Origin: Eledone cirrhosa
Lineage: Eukaryota
Length of the DNA stretch: 64,000 bases
Reading direction: 5' to 3'
Assembly (NCBI GenBank): GCA_964016885.1
Contig: OZ024744.1
Coordinates: forward strand, 73,160,001-73,224,000
Each line of letters begins with the position of its first letter. Positions within the stretch are counted from its first letter, which is position 1. A program made the translations under genes and the position numbers. The notes under the pieces were generated by a model. It saw only the letters and a list, made by a program, of their open reading frames with translations, searched no databases and had not been told where the DNA came from. Shown in pieces: positions 1 to 11,365 of this stretch.

Positions 1-254
1 GGTGCTGTTTTGTACCCATGTTTAAAAATTTAATATAGACACACACACACATACGCATACATTTGTAAGGAATACATTTTACTTAATACCTGCATAAATA
101 TCTGTGTTACTTTCCTTGTTTTGTGAAGTTATATTAACACTAATATATTTAAAACTAAATTAGAATTTAATTTTTCACTCTAACATAGTGGATTACATAG
201 ATGTAAATATGGGTTATATATTGAATAATAATCAAATATTATTATTATTATTAA

Positions 255-572
255 GGTTTGTGGGTTGGTAGTATCGGTAAAGAGTCAGACGCCATGCTTT
301 GCGGTATAGAATTACGGCCTTTGCGGTCAAATCCCGCCGAAGTTAATTTTGCCATTCATAAAATAATTTTGCCTTTAATAAAATAAAGTACCAGTAATGC
401 ACTGGGATAATTACTGGCCTTGTGCCAAAAGTAGAAACAATTATTTAAATTACGGCAGTATCGGTAGAGGGTCAGATGCCATGCTTTGCTACATAGCGTT
501 ACGGCCCTTTTACAGTCTGAGTTCAAATCTCGCTGAGGTTAACTTTGACTTTCATCCTTACAGGGTCAATAA
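255..572 (+). mobile_element. Two tandem tRNA-derived SINE copies (family A; 255-443 and a 3'-truncated 452-572)
   Basis: A-box-like TGGCAGTATCGG, B-box-like GTTCAAATC and conserved core GCCTTTCATCCTTACGGGGTCGATAAAATAAAGTACCAGT; homologous to about 10 other copies in the window. Confidence 0.8.
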
Positions 573-962
573 AATGTTGATGGCATCAACCACTTCATGG
601 AGGATAAACGGAGATTTATTGACACAGGAACTTTCTCGCATCCTCAAGCCTTTATTGTCAGAAAATTTTTTTATTCTCCAAGCCAGCCAAATCAATAAAA
701 TGTATTTTACCAATATACGTGGTAAACGGTGGAAACATTCGTGTTTTTCAACAGTAACTAGCAAAATGGTATGACTGCAACTGGGATGATGGTTATTAAA
801 ATTGCTGGATATGGGAGATCTTTGAGACATGGCAGGCAGGAATACCGATTGAAACATAACATAAGAAGTAACTTGTTTCTCTGTAAGACCATGAATTACG
901 GTGTTCTTGTGGTTATCTTCCCATATTTGAAGACGACACTTACTTTCAACCAGCAAGTCATT

Positions 963-1200
963 ATACGAGGGGGGGATCAAAAAGTTCACGGAATTTTTCC
1001 GAAAATAATCTATTTTTCAAAAAATATGAATTACCTTCAATTTATTTTTCTACATAGTTGCCATCCAGGTCAATACACTTCACAAGGCGATGCTTCCAGC
1101 TTTGTAAGCCATCTCTAAAGAAAGTTGAAGGCCTTGTTCAAAGCCTTGTGTTGGCAGTGTTTTTAGCTTCTTCAACACCACTAAAACGGGTTCCTTTTAT
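963..1200 (-). mobile_element. Tc1/mariner transposon 3' end (transposase C-terminus plus TIR)
   Basis: Minus strand reads IKGTRFSGVEEAKNTANTRL*TRPSTFFRDGLQSWKHRLVKCIDLDGNYVEK*, typical of a mariner C-terminus; mariner-like TIR TA-CGAGGGGGGATCAAAAAGTTC at ~964. Confidence 0.75.
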
Positions 1201-3255
1201 GGTGACATCGTCCGCATATGCTGACACGGATCTTCCGCATCCTAGTTCGCGCGGGACCCTCCTCAACGTCTCCAGTTTGTGCAGTAACGGCTCGAGAGTC
1301 AATACGTACAAGAGGGACGAGAGGGGACATCCTTGGCAGACCAAGCGCATGATGTTGAACGGTTCCGAAAGGTGACCGTTCACTCTCACCACAGAGCAGA
1401 TGTCGCTGTGCATGGCAGCGATCCAGCCTCTGAAGACGGGCCCAAAGCCAGCCGCCCTCAGGACTGCCGCTAGGTAACGATGGTCGACCCTATCGAAAGC
1501 TTTCGACTGATCTAAATTGATCAAGGACCCACCCCTGCCAGGTTCCCTAGCTACCCTCTCTACGATGTATCACATGATGTGGAGGTTGTTGTGGATGGAT
1601 CTGTCGGGAATGGCGCATGTCTGCGCCTCTCCTACCAGACCACCAACGACAAGCGCCAACCTCTTTGCTAGCACCTTGGCCAAAATCTTGAACTCTGTGT
1701 TTAGAAGAGTTATGGGCCTGAAATTATCTATGTTATCCCCCTTGTTTGGATCCTTTTTCAGCAGCGCCACCGCTCCTCGGCTCACAGAGCTGGGAATTCT
1801 CCCGTTCTGTTGCCAGTTGCAGTAGACGTCCACCAAGAGGCCTCCGAACAAGTCTGGCATCTGTACGTAAAGTTCATAGGGCAGACCATCCAAACCAGGC
1901 GATTTACCCCTTGTGCAGCCAGTCATTTCCTCCCATACTTCAGCTGGTGTTATCAGCTTTTTGCAACACTCCGCCTCAGTGGCCGAGAGCCGCGGCAGTC
2001 CGCGGAGGTAGACACTAAAGTTCATCCCTCAATCCGGCCCGCCGCTGCCCCCGAACAGCTGAGCGAAGTGTCGCTGAAAAGCTTCACACATTTGCCCGGG
2101 ATCGAGTAGCATACGCCCGTCGTGGTTCACCAAAGACCGGATCGTGGCTTTGTTGCCACGACGCACCTCCGCCACTCGGGCCCATTGAACGGCTTTCGTC
2201 ACCTCGTGTCTGAGAGCACGCACCCTAGCTCTGACAACGCAGCCTTCATGCTTTGCATTGAAGAATTGGTCAAGGGCCAATTTCACCGCAAGTACATCGG
2301 TCGCGATGCCTTTGCTAAGCACCTCGTCTAATTTTCTAACTAGTTCTCCCTCTGCTCTATTTTTCTCTATTGCTAAAGCCTTACTAAACCTAATGGACTC
2401 TGTTTTAATCGCTCTTTTCAGAGCAAACCACCACTTGTTGTTGACGATGGCTGCCGTCAACGCCCGCTTAACTAGTTCCCTAATCCAGTCTCTGTAGGCT
2501 TTGCGCGCTGGTAATGACGTTTTTAGCTTCCAGTAGCCGGGTCCTCGTCTATGAAGCCTATCTAAGTCAAGCACACAGATCACGAATTTGTGGTCCGTGT
2601 AGTCGACTCTCTTGAAATGCTAGACCTATTTATTTCCCTACAAAATACTCTATCTAGATATGACCTGGATGACCTGATGCGGTTTGTCCAAGTCCACATT
2701 GGCACATTCGGGAAATCCAATCAGTACCTGTCAGACAATTCAAAACGCCTGAGCAGGTTTGTGAGGCTGTTACACCCTCCTCCCCTATCTACTAATCCCA
2801 CACAGTCCCAGCGTGCATCTAGATCCCGTTCCAGTCGCCCACTAACACTAAAAGCGGGACGTTCCAAGAAAGTTCTCCAGACGCCGGAAGAAATCAGGCC
2901 GCCCTGCTCCTGTCGGGGCATAGATGGCCACTAACCTGAAAGCTTGCCTGTCTCCGCTGGTCATGTCCAGCACCACCAACTTACCTTCTGGTTCCAGGAA
3001 GATGGCCCGTATGGCGAGATCCAAACTTCTCCGAGAAAGCACAGCAACTCCTCCCCCCGATTCAGGACAGCTGGGAGATGCGTACACATCGTAGCCGCCA
3101 AAGATCGGTGTGAAGGCCCGTGCTTCGGAGATTCTGGTCTCGCTGATGGCCACCACATCTGTTTAGCGACCTGAGATCGTTCAGCAGGTGCCCCTGCTTC
3201 CAAGACGACCCCAGGCCATGTACATTTATGCTACCTATTCTTAGAGTAGCCATGA
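1200..3255 (-). pseudogene. Tx1/L1-clade LINE ORF2 (APE endonuclease + RT), frameshifted, truncated just after YADD
   Basis: MATLRIGSINVHGL, AISETR, VAIYAP (APE); GPGYWKL; GKSPGLDGLPYELY, NFRPITLLNTEFKILAK, LDQSKAFDRVDH, QGCPLS, YADD (RT). Confidence 0.92.
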
Positions 3256-3291
3256 GGGTAGGGAGTTCTTCCTTTTTTTTGTTGGAATAGT

Positions 3292-3800
3292 TCACCACTC
3301 TTCGGCCTCATCGCACTCCTTGTCCGATTTGGCTATATCAGGAAGGGGTATGCTTTCCATTGGTTCTGTGGGTGGTGAAAGAGATGGTACTTTTGTTGTT
3401 GGGGATGGTGATCTCTCTTCTGCCACTGTGTTGTTTGTCTGCTCCAGTTGCGGGGCACGGCATGGGGGGAAGGGGTGGGCGCGTGCCTGTTTTGGTAATT
3501 TTGGGGCAGAATGCCTTAAGGTGCGTCTTGTCACCGCATCCATGACACCTTGGGCGCCTACCTTCGACAGTCACGGGTAGATGGCTGCCGTTGTCCAGGT
3601 CTATTACATCGGGGTTGGCCTCAACGCTTTCGTGGTTTGCTTGGATGATTAGCTCCATCCCCGACCCTGTCCAATTTTCTTGTCTTATTCGTATGACGTT
3701 GAGTATGGTTGTTGAATCTTCAACGTCAGTGAGGACGGCTGCCGTCAGCCACGCCATCTCCACTGAGGGTGGAACCTGTCCTAGTCGAACCTACACGACT
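3292..3800 (-). pseudogene. Tx1/L1-clade ORF1 (gag-like) remnant with zinc knuckle
   Basis: CHGCGDKTHLKAFC (CX2CX4HX4C) directly upstream of ORF2 on the same strand. Confidence 0.75.
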
Positions 3801-4231
3801 CTGTGGCCACAGTTTGTGGGCACCATAGCTCTTTGAATCTGTGACTCCGTTGCCCGTTCAACTCGCCTGGATTTTGAACCGATCGTGCGATAACTGACCG
3901 AACACAAAAGTTTGTTTCTTATTATTTCAGCTGGTCGGGTGAGACTTACTCTGTGTCTGTTTTTTTTTTTACCAAGACTTTTGCTTGTTTTATCTTTTCG
4001 TTAGTGATGTTTATTTGTTCAAACTTGGTTGCTTTCGCGAAAGATGTGTTTGTTTTGATTTGTGATGACACGTCACTAGTTTTGTCTTTGTTGCCATCGC
4101 CAGTGTTTTTGTTTGTTTCTTTTTCCTCTGTGTTGCTGCTGTTATAGTTGTAATAAAAAATTTTTATGTAGCTTCCTCCATTTTAATTTTAATATCTAAT
4201 GGTAATTCTTGGATTTATTATTATTATTATT

Positions 4232-4660
4232 GGTGAATTGGCAGTATCGGTAGAGGGTCGGACATGCTTTCTAGCATAAAGTTATGTCCCTTTACGATTT
4301 GAGTTCAAATCCCGCCGAGGTTAACTTTGCCTTTCATCCATACGGGGTCGATAAAATAAAGTACCAGTAATGTACTGGGTAATTACTGGCCTTGTGCCAA
4401 AAGTATAAACAATTATTATTATTATTATTATTAGGGCGGTGGATTGGCAGTATCAGTAGAGGGTCAGACACCATGCTTTGCAGCATAGAGTTATGCCCCT
4501 TTATTATCTGAGTTCAAATCCCGCCAAGGTTAACTTTGCCTTTCATCGGTATGGGGGTCGATAAAATAAAGTACCAGTAATGCATTGGGGTCGATTTAAT
4601 CGACTTTCCCCTCCCCTAAAATTGATGGCCTTATGCCTATGTAAGAAACCATTATTATTA
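4232..4660 (+). mobile_element. Two tandem family A SINEs (4232-4415, 4433-4655)
   Basis: tRNA-like head, conserved core, (ATT)n tails. Confidence 0.85.
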
Positions 4661-6548
4661 TTATTATTATTAATTAATTAATTAATAATATACTTGTTTA
4701 TTGCTTGGTTATGTTGTTGTTTTAACCATCATCTGACAGAAATTGTTTTGTTTTTTTGTTATTTTTATTGAAGTTGTTGACATCTCTTAAAAAGTAATGT
4801 TTTTTGTTGTATTTTTTTTATATTGTTTATTTTTATTTCTACTTCTGCTAAAATTTGTATCATTTCGAAAAGCCTTCAAAAAGTTCTGAGAAATAAGAAT
4901 CTCAATTTAACGGTCATCTCCCTGTTTAATTAATAAAATAATAAGAAACTTCAATTCAAGCCTTGATTATTTTGTTTATTTGTTTGTTGTTGTTATTGTT
5001 TTTCGGCAGGAAGGGGAAAATTGTAATTGATAAGTTGATTATGGGGTGATGGCCCATACATATGAGGGGAACGAGATGTGGATAAAATAAATTTCAAAAA
5101 TAAAATCAAAGCTAAAAACCTTATCTTCAAATTCAGTTAAAACACAAATGTGGGATTAAACTTATTTGAAAAAAAAATGTTGAGTCGTTTCAGTGTTTTT
5201 TTTTTAATCTTTTTTTTTTTTTTGTATTTAATAGAATTTTATTTTAGTTCCTAGTTCTCATCTCTCTATTCTCAATTTTCATTCATGAAAAATATCCCAG
5301 TTTTCAAAAATGTTAGTATTTTCTAGTAAAAAAAAAAAAGAACAATTACAAAACACTAATAATAAAACATATTACCTGTCATAACTCTCCCTCTAAGACA
5401 AGTCCCAAAATGTAAGATCCTTCATTTTCCCCACAACATACAATCTAAATTAAGAAGCAATTTACTTTTTTAGAAATAAAAAGGTTTATGAGAGTATTGA
5501 AGTTTACTTGAAACATTGTGGAATAATAAGATTTATTATCTTTTGGTCATTTTGGAAGCCTCAACAATGCAGATGGGTAAATCTTCGGGTAACAGGATCC
5601 GGAAGTGAAGAGAGAGATGTAAGGGAATGTAGAATGTGATGTATAGTGTGTAGAGGAACATAGGAAAGAGCGTAAAAAATAAAAATAACACGAGATAGAG
5701 TTACCTTGGGAGAGATTTAATTGTCCCTATATTTCGGATTTACATCCATCAACTGGGGGGGGGGGGGGGGGGTTTATCTGTCGGAGAGGCATGGAACGTG
5801 TCCTCTGTTGTTGGCTGTTCGTGACTTATTGAAAAAAGGTTTATCTCTTTGTCTGAAAGGTGGGATAGTATTTATGATCTTTATAAGGCCTCCAATATTG
5901 GTGAAGAGGGGGTGGGAGCAGGATAACCATGAATTGTGTGTTGTTGCAATAAGAAATAGCTTATCAAAATGTTGTATTATCCACAGTCAGACTTGGTATA
6001 AATGCTGGTAAAGGTGTTTACTTTGCTAAAAGTACCACCGCCAGTGCTGGTGGACCTGGTCAGCTCTATGCATGGCGATGCTTTAGGATCAATGGCTTAG
6101 GATGACCTCCAGCCTCATTGACCAAGATCAAGAAGAAGAAGACCCAAGAACCAGGTAGTGATGTTAAATCAAGCAACATATTATGTTTACCATTCAAGAT
6201 AAGATGGTGATACATGGGTGTTGTATGTGGAGAGAAATGAAGCGAAGGAAATCATCATACGAGAACATTTGTTAATTAAAAACAACTAATGTATATAGCA
6301 GAAATATCGGAATGGGCTTTATTTGGATGAATCCTGAGTATTAGAGTGAAACAAGCTGTGTGCTGTTGGCAGGTACTTGTGAAAGAGGATAAAGGGTGAG
6401 GATTCGATCTGGGGTCTACAGAAAAAATAACAAAAGACTTTGACTGGTAGGATATGGTTGGTTACCCAAATAAAGAAAAAGAATCCTATTTCAAAATTAT
6501 TTTAATGGTAATTAAGCAGTAGATTAACAGAGTCATTAGAGCTTCAGA

Positions 6549-6763
6549 TTAACTCTTTAGCATTTAAACCGGCCTTATCCAACAAGAATTCTCTCACCTC
6601 GTTCTGTTCATACTGGCTGTAACCGGCCACTCATGCTGTCATTGGAGTGTTGTTCTCAAAATAAATAATAGCAAAACCTCATAGATTCAATATTATGAGA
6701 GATAAAGCCTTTACTATGAAATTACATAGTAAATATAGAGTAATGTAAAGGCTAAAGGGTTAA
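6549..6763. mobile_element. TTAA-flanked MITE (piggyBac-like non-autonomous element)
   Basis: TTAA-CTCTTTAGCATTTA...TAAAGGCTAAAGGG-TTAA terminal inverted repeats; same family at 21060, 24517, 36104 and 42509. Confidence 0.75.
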
Positions 6764-7011
6764 ATGCCTCAGTATTTGTTCCATCTTCCAGCTTTATAAG
6801 TTCAAAGATGACCTGACGAAGTCAACTTCACCTTTCATCCTTTTAGGATGAATAAATAAAGTCCCAGTGTAGTGATGGTAGATTGGTGGAATTGTTAGAG
6901 TTGAACAGGTTGATTTAGAGTTTCTACTCTGGCTATGAGTGCTTTCAGTTAAACTCTGGCCTCCTGCTACCAGAAATGTGATAGCACCTCTGCCAAGATT
7001 TGCAATAAAAA

Positions 7012-7422
7012 AGTTAGTATCAGCAATGGAAAAACCAGTGGAAACATAGGTTCTTTGATCAAATATGATGTCCAGCAGAGAGTATCAGCAATGGAAAGAC
7101 AGTTTCTTTGGCCTGATCTGATGACCAACAGAGAGTATCAGTTATGGAAAAACTAGTGGAAACATTGTTTCTTTGGTCTGATCTGATGACCAGCAGAGAG
7201 TATCAGCTATGGAAAAACCAGTGGAAACAGTTTCTTTGGTCTGATCTGATGTCCAGCACAGAGGATCAGCTATGGAAAGACCAATAGAATTACAGTTTCT
7301 TTGGTCAAATATGATGACCAACAGGGAGCATCAGAAATGGAAAGACCAATGAAAACATTGTTTCTCAAGTCCAGTCTGAAGACCAACAATGGAAACAGTT
7401 TCTTTGTTCTGATCTGATGATA
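7012..7422 (+). repeat. Degenerate ~60-bp minisatellite
   Basis: About 7 units of CAGAGAGTATCAGCTATGGAAAAACCAGTGGAAACATTGTTTCTTTGGTCTGATCTGATGAC; resembles the 3' part of SINE B copies at ~25590 and ~43725. Confidence 0.75.
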
Positions 7423-8314
7423 TGCTCTTCTACCTTTTTTCAAAATGGTAATTACAACTGGAGGTTGACATAGATATATGGTTATATTTTACCCATTTAA
7501 TCCTCCATGATATGCATATCTGCTTAAGATAAGCTGATCAGGACTTCTCTGCAATAACAGGTTTTCCTCAATCTAACATTGGGTTTTATTCTTTTATTCT
7601 GGGATCAAATTCTGAATAGATTCATAGTAATACTGACTCTACTGAATATGATGTTTGCCATATTTCATTCACCTACTAATAAGAAAAGTATAAAAAATGT
7701 ATTTATGAAATATATCATGTAAATATATCATGTAAATATGACAAGACCGCAGGAGCATTCATTACTAATGAAGAGGAGGCTAGACAAATAAGATTAATAA
7801 TACTGCAGACATATCATCATCATCATCATCATCATCATAAAACAGATGTTAAATGATGATGATATACACAGTTCTGTGTATATCATTATTCTGTTAAATG
7901 ATGATGATATACACCATTCAAAAAGATTAAAATTGGTCATTAAATTTGATTGTTTCAAAATAAAAAAAAAAGTTTTTTCAACAAGAGAAAATGTATTAAA
8001 TATGTGTGTGTGTGAATGTGAATCCTTTCTAAGTGGTTTTAATGCTTTAATAGAATTAAATGTCATTGCATTGTTTTTATCATAGAAAAATGTCCTAGTG
8101 TTTTAGCATTCCACCCTTTCACTTTCTCTCCATCTCTCTGAACATATGTGTGTATATGTATATATATATATATATATATGTAGAGGTTATATTTAATTTG
8201 TTGGGATACAACAAGCTAAATATTTTTATAACTGATATAAAGCACTCAACAAATTATTGGAGTAAATATACAATATATTAGCAAATGGAAACTATATTTA
8301 TAAAACCATATTTA

Positions 8315-8376
8315 TTTCATTATACATATTTCAAGGGCCTCCAGAGCAAACTATGGTGCGCTTTCATCAGATAAAA
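8315..8376 (-). ncRNA. Type I hammerhead ribozyme (minus-strand arm of palindrome)
   Basis: Reverse complement of the 8512-8573 motif. Confidence 0.7.
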
Positions 8377-8511
8377 TATAATATAGGTTAGTTTTATAAA
8401 TAAATATTGACATAACCTTAAAAAATGCAACCATTCTGGAGATTCCAGCCAGAATGGTTGCATTTTTTAAGGGTATGTCAATATTTATTTATAAAACTAA
8501 CCTATATTATA

Positions 8512-8573
8512 TTTTATCTGATGAAAGCGCACCATAGTTTGCTCTGGAGGCCCTTGAAATATGTATAATGAAA
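8512..8573 (+). ncRNA. Minimal type I hammerhead ribozyme
   Basis: TTTTAT-CTGATGA-AAG...CTT-GAAA-TATGTA-TA-ATGAAA: helix I, intact core, imperfect stem II, near-palindromic stem III. Confidence 0.7.
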
Positions 8574-8882
8574 TAAATATGGTTTTATAAATATAGTTTC
8601 CATTTGCTAATATATTGTATATATATATATATGTATACATATAACTACATATATACATACATACCTACATAAACACCTACATATATACATACCTACCTAC
8701 ACACATACATACACAGACAAGTATGTATGTAGGTATGTATGTATATATGTAGGTATGTATGTGTGTATGTATGTATATATGTAGGTATGTGTGTATGTAT
8801 GCATATATGTAGGTATGTATGTATGTGTGTATGTAGGTATGTATGTGTGTATGTATGTATATATGTAGGTATGTATGTATGT

Positions 8883-9408
8883 ACAACCCCACCAAGGTTT
8901 CTTGGTGAGGAGGGTCACTTTGGACATCCAGCACGACTAAAAACAAAACCTGTCAAAGGGCAAAGGAGCTCTTAAGAGTCAATGGCCATCCAAAATCACT
9001 GGGAGAGATGACCCCTTAGCCTTTGTCAAGGCAGAATTCTAGGAGAAGGAAAACTCTGACATAGCACCTGCAACTCTGATGGTATCCAATGATGTTGGCG
9101 TGTTCTTCTTTTTGGTAAATATCATCTTGGTTAAGAGAGTGAGACTGGCTTTGTGCAGTGCCTTTGCTCACTATAAAAGCTTCACGGCACAGGCATTGCT
9201 TTATATCTGGAAATCTCTCTGCACTTGTCGTCACATCGTACAATGGGCCCAGCACTATGTGACAATAATTGTCGCAGGTGTAGTGTTTGTACCAGAGTTT
9301 TCAAGTCGCTGGCTGGACTAAAAAGTCACACTCGTTCAGCGCATCAGTAGGGGTTCTCCTACATGGATATAAAGTAGTGGCCGTACTCGAAAACGAGTTG
9401 GCAGCCAT
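8883..9408. mobile_element. Unclassified non-coding dispersed repeat beside a (TATG)n tract
   Basis: 9003-9407 closely matches 48448-48853; related copy at 47714-48022. Confidence 0.7.
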
Positions 9409-9664
9409 GATATATATGTATATATATGAAGAAGAGAGGAAGCTGTGTAGTTGGTGGATAAGGTATACTTAAAAATAAGAAGAAAGCATGAACAGGGGAA
9501 AGTTTTCCTTCATCAGTTGTCTGCTGGGGGTCTTGGATATTTCTATTGTCTTTAAGGCGTAGAAATATCCAAGACCCCCAGCAGACAACTGATGAAGGAA
9601 AACTTTCTCCCGTTCATGCTTTCTTCTTATTTTTAAGTATATATATATATACATACATTCATTC

Positions 9665-9700
<36 letters not shown>

Positions 9701-9702
<2 letters not shown>

Positions 9703-10712
9703 TAGCAGCAGTACCCAGCGTTGCCTGGGTAAGTAAAATAATATCTGCTTTGATGAAAAGGTGTTGATCTTAGCGACTGCTTCTCGATGACTCATCTATG
9801 GCCACACACAGGCCATGCGGGGGAGGGTGACGATGACCTCTATCACTGAGAAACGCGGGTGACTGGCGAAGGGGCATGCTGGGGCAGGGAGGTAATGACC
9901 GCTAATACTAAGCCAAATTTCCTCATGCAACTTGACTGGAAACTGATGAATTCTCAAATACACAACTAAAAGCTCAGACGACGTCAGTGGCCATCGTTTT
10001 GCCTTTGCCCATCTATAAGATGTGCAATGATAGGTTCTATCGTAGTATAAAAGTTGAACCAAATAAATTGATTTATGTATGAGGTGGAGCCGAAGTTTCG
10101 AATTTGAACGAAATCGGTTGAAAAAATGTGGGAAATAGAGCCGAAAAGACGGAAATTTGAGCGAAAAGGTGGTATTTTCGAATATTTAAGCGGCTGCCAC
10201 GTCGTTCCTGAACAAAAAATCCAAAATGTAAAGCCACTTTAAGACGTGAAATAATCAGATCTAGCGTAGGGTAAAATTTATTTGAAGAAAGTAGGTTGAT
10301 TTATGTGGGAACTAGAGCCGAAATAGTGGAAATTTGAGTCTAAAAGTGGTATTTTTGAATATTTAAGCGGCTGCCACGCCGTCCCTGAACAACAAATGCA
10401 AAATATAAAAGCATTAAAGGATGTGAAATGATAAATTCTATTTTGCTTTAAAATTTGAAGGAAATGGGTGGCAAAATGTGGGAGCTAGAGCCAAAAATCT
10501 TATTTTTCGATACCTAAAAAAATGTGCCTCCCCCCTATCGATTTTTATCTGCAGAATGACCCCGGAATAAAAAAAAAATGATACGCTGATACATAGAAAA
10601 CACTCTCCGATGACTAATCTATGAGCCTGTAAAGTTTCATGAAAATCGGTCGTAAGATGTAGGCCCCTATAGGTAATACACAGACACACACATACTTAAT
10701 TTTATATATATA
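9701..10712 (-). mobile_element. Non-autonomous Helitron-like element
   Basis: Minus-strand 3' end has hairpin ACCCAGGCAACGCTGGGT, 8 nt, then CTAG|T; internal ~180-bp duplication (10125-10260 vs 10305-10440); inserted in (TA)n. Confidence 0.6.
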
Positions 10713-11165
10713 CATATATATATAAAAGGGTATGGATGTTCCAACAGGCACTAGGTACCTACAGAAATATGCATGGTGTTTATAATAGTTGTGGTTCGAT
10801 GGTACTAATCTGAGATACCAGAACTATAAAAATGAGCGGAGCAAAAATAGGCCACAAGTAAAAGCGGGTTATTATAAACTTGTTGATCAAAGCCGCTTTT
10901 ACTTGTGGCCTATTTTTGCGTGTACGTCACTGCAACGGCTTGACCGCATGCGTCGGGCAGTAAGCGAAATATTGACTTACTGTGAGGTTTTGTAACCTTA
11001 TAGTATGGAAATAGCTTCTGCAGATCTAATTCTTTCCATTGGAACTTCTCTGGATTTCTAATCTTTTGATTAGTGAAACCGTCGCTAACGGCAATAGAAC
11101 AGGTGAATATTTAAATCGTTTTTTAATTTATTTAAAAGATTGTTTGATAATTGCTTGCTCTGCTC

Positions 11166-11219
<54 letters not shown>

Positions 11220-11322
11220 ATACTTTGGGAGGGTCATGTTGCCAATAAGAAACACACATAAATTTAGGAATTTATAAATTTCCGGTTGGTTGGTTCCACA
11301 ACCAGATGGTTGTTTATGTATT

Positions 11323-11365
11323 GTCAAAGTTCTTTCGTCATACATTCTGTGACCTCTTCAGTGAC
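11323..11365 (-). ncRNA. Hammerhead ribozyme in Penelope 3' pseudo-LTR
   Basis: GTCA-CTGAAGA-G-GTCA...TGAC-GAAA-GAAC-TT-TGAC. Confidence 0.75.

Larger units (their letters stand above)
8266..8622. repeat. ~174-bp-arm near-perfect inverted repeat, 9-nt loop
   Basis: Arms 8266-8439 and 8449-8622 are reverse complements with one mismatch seen. Confidence 0.95.

Noticed and set aside
558-960. 143-aa ORF
   Set aside because: No recognisable motif; lies between a SINE and a mariner TIR, probably a decayed repeat
4433-4530. tRNA genes
   Set aside because: A/B boxes belong to SINE heads that continue into core and tail; no full cloverleaf
7012-7422. Tandem units containing CTGATGA and GAAA as a possible hammerhead array
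   Set aside because: No consistent helix I/III pairing or NUH site could be built; the unit matches a SINE 3' region
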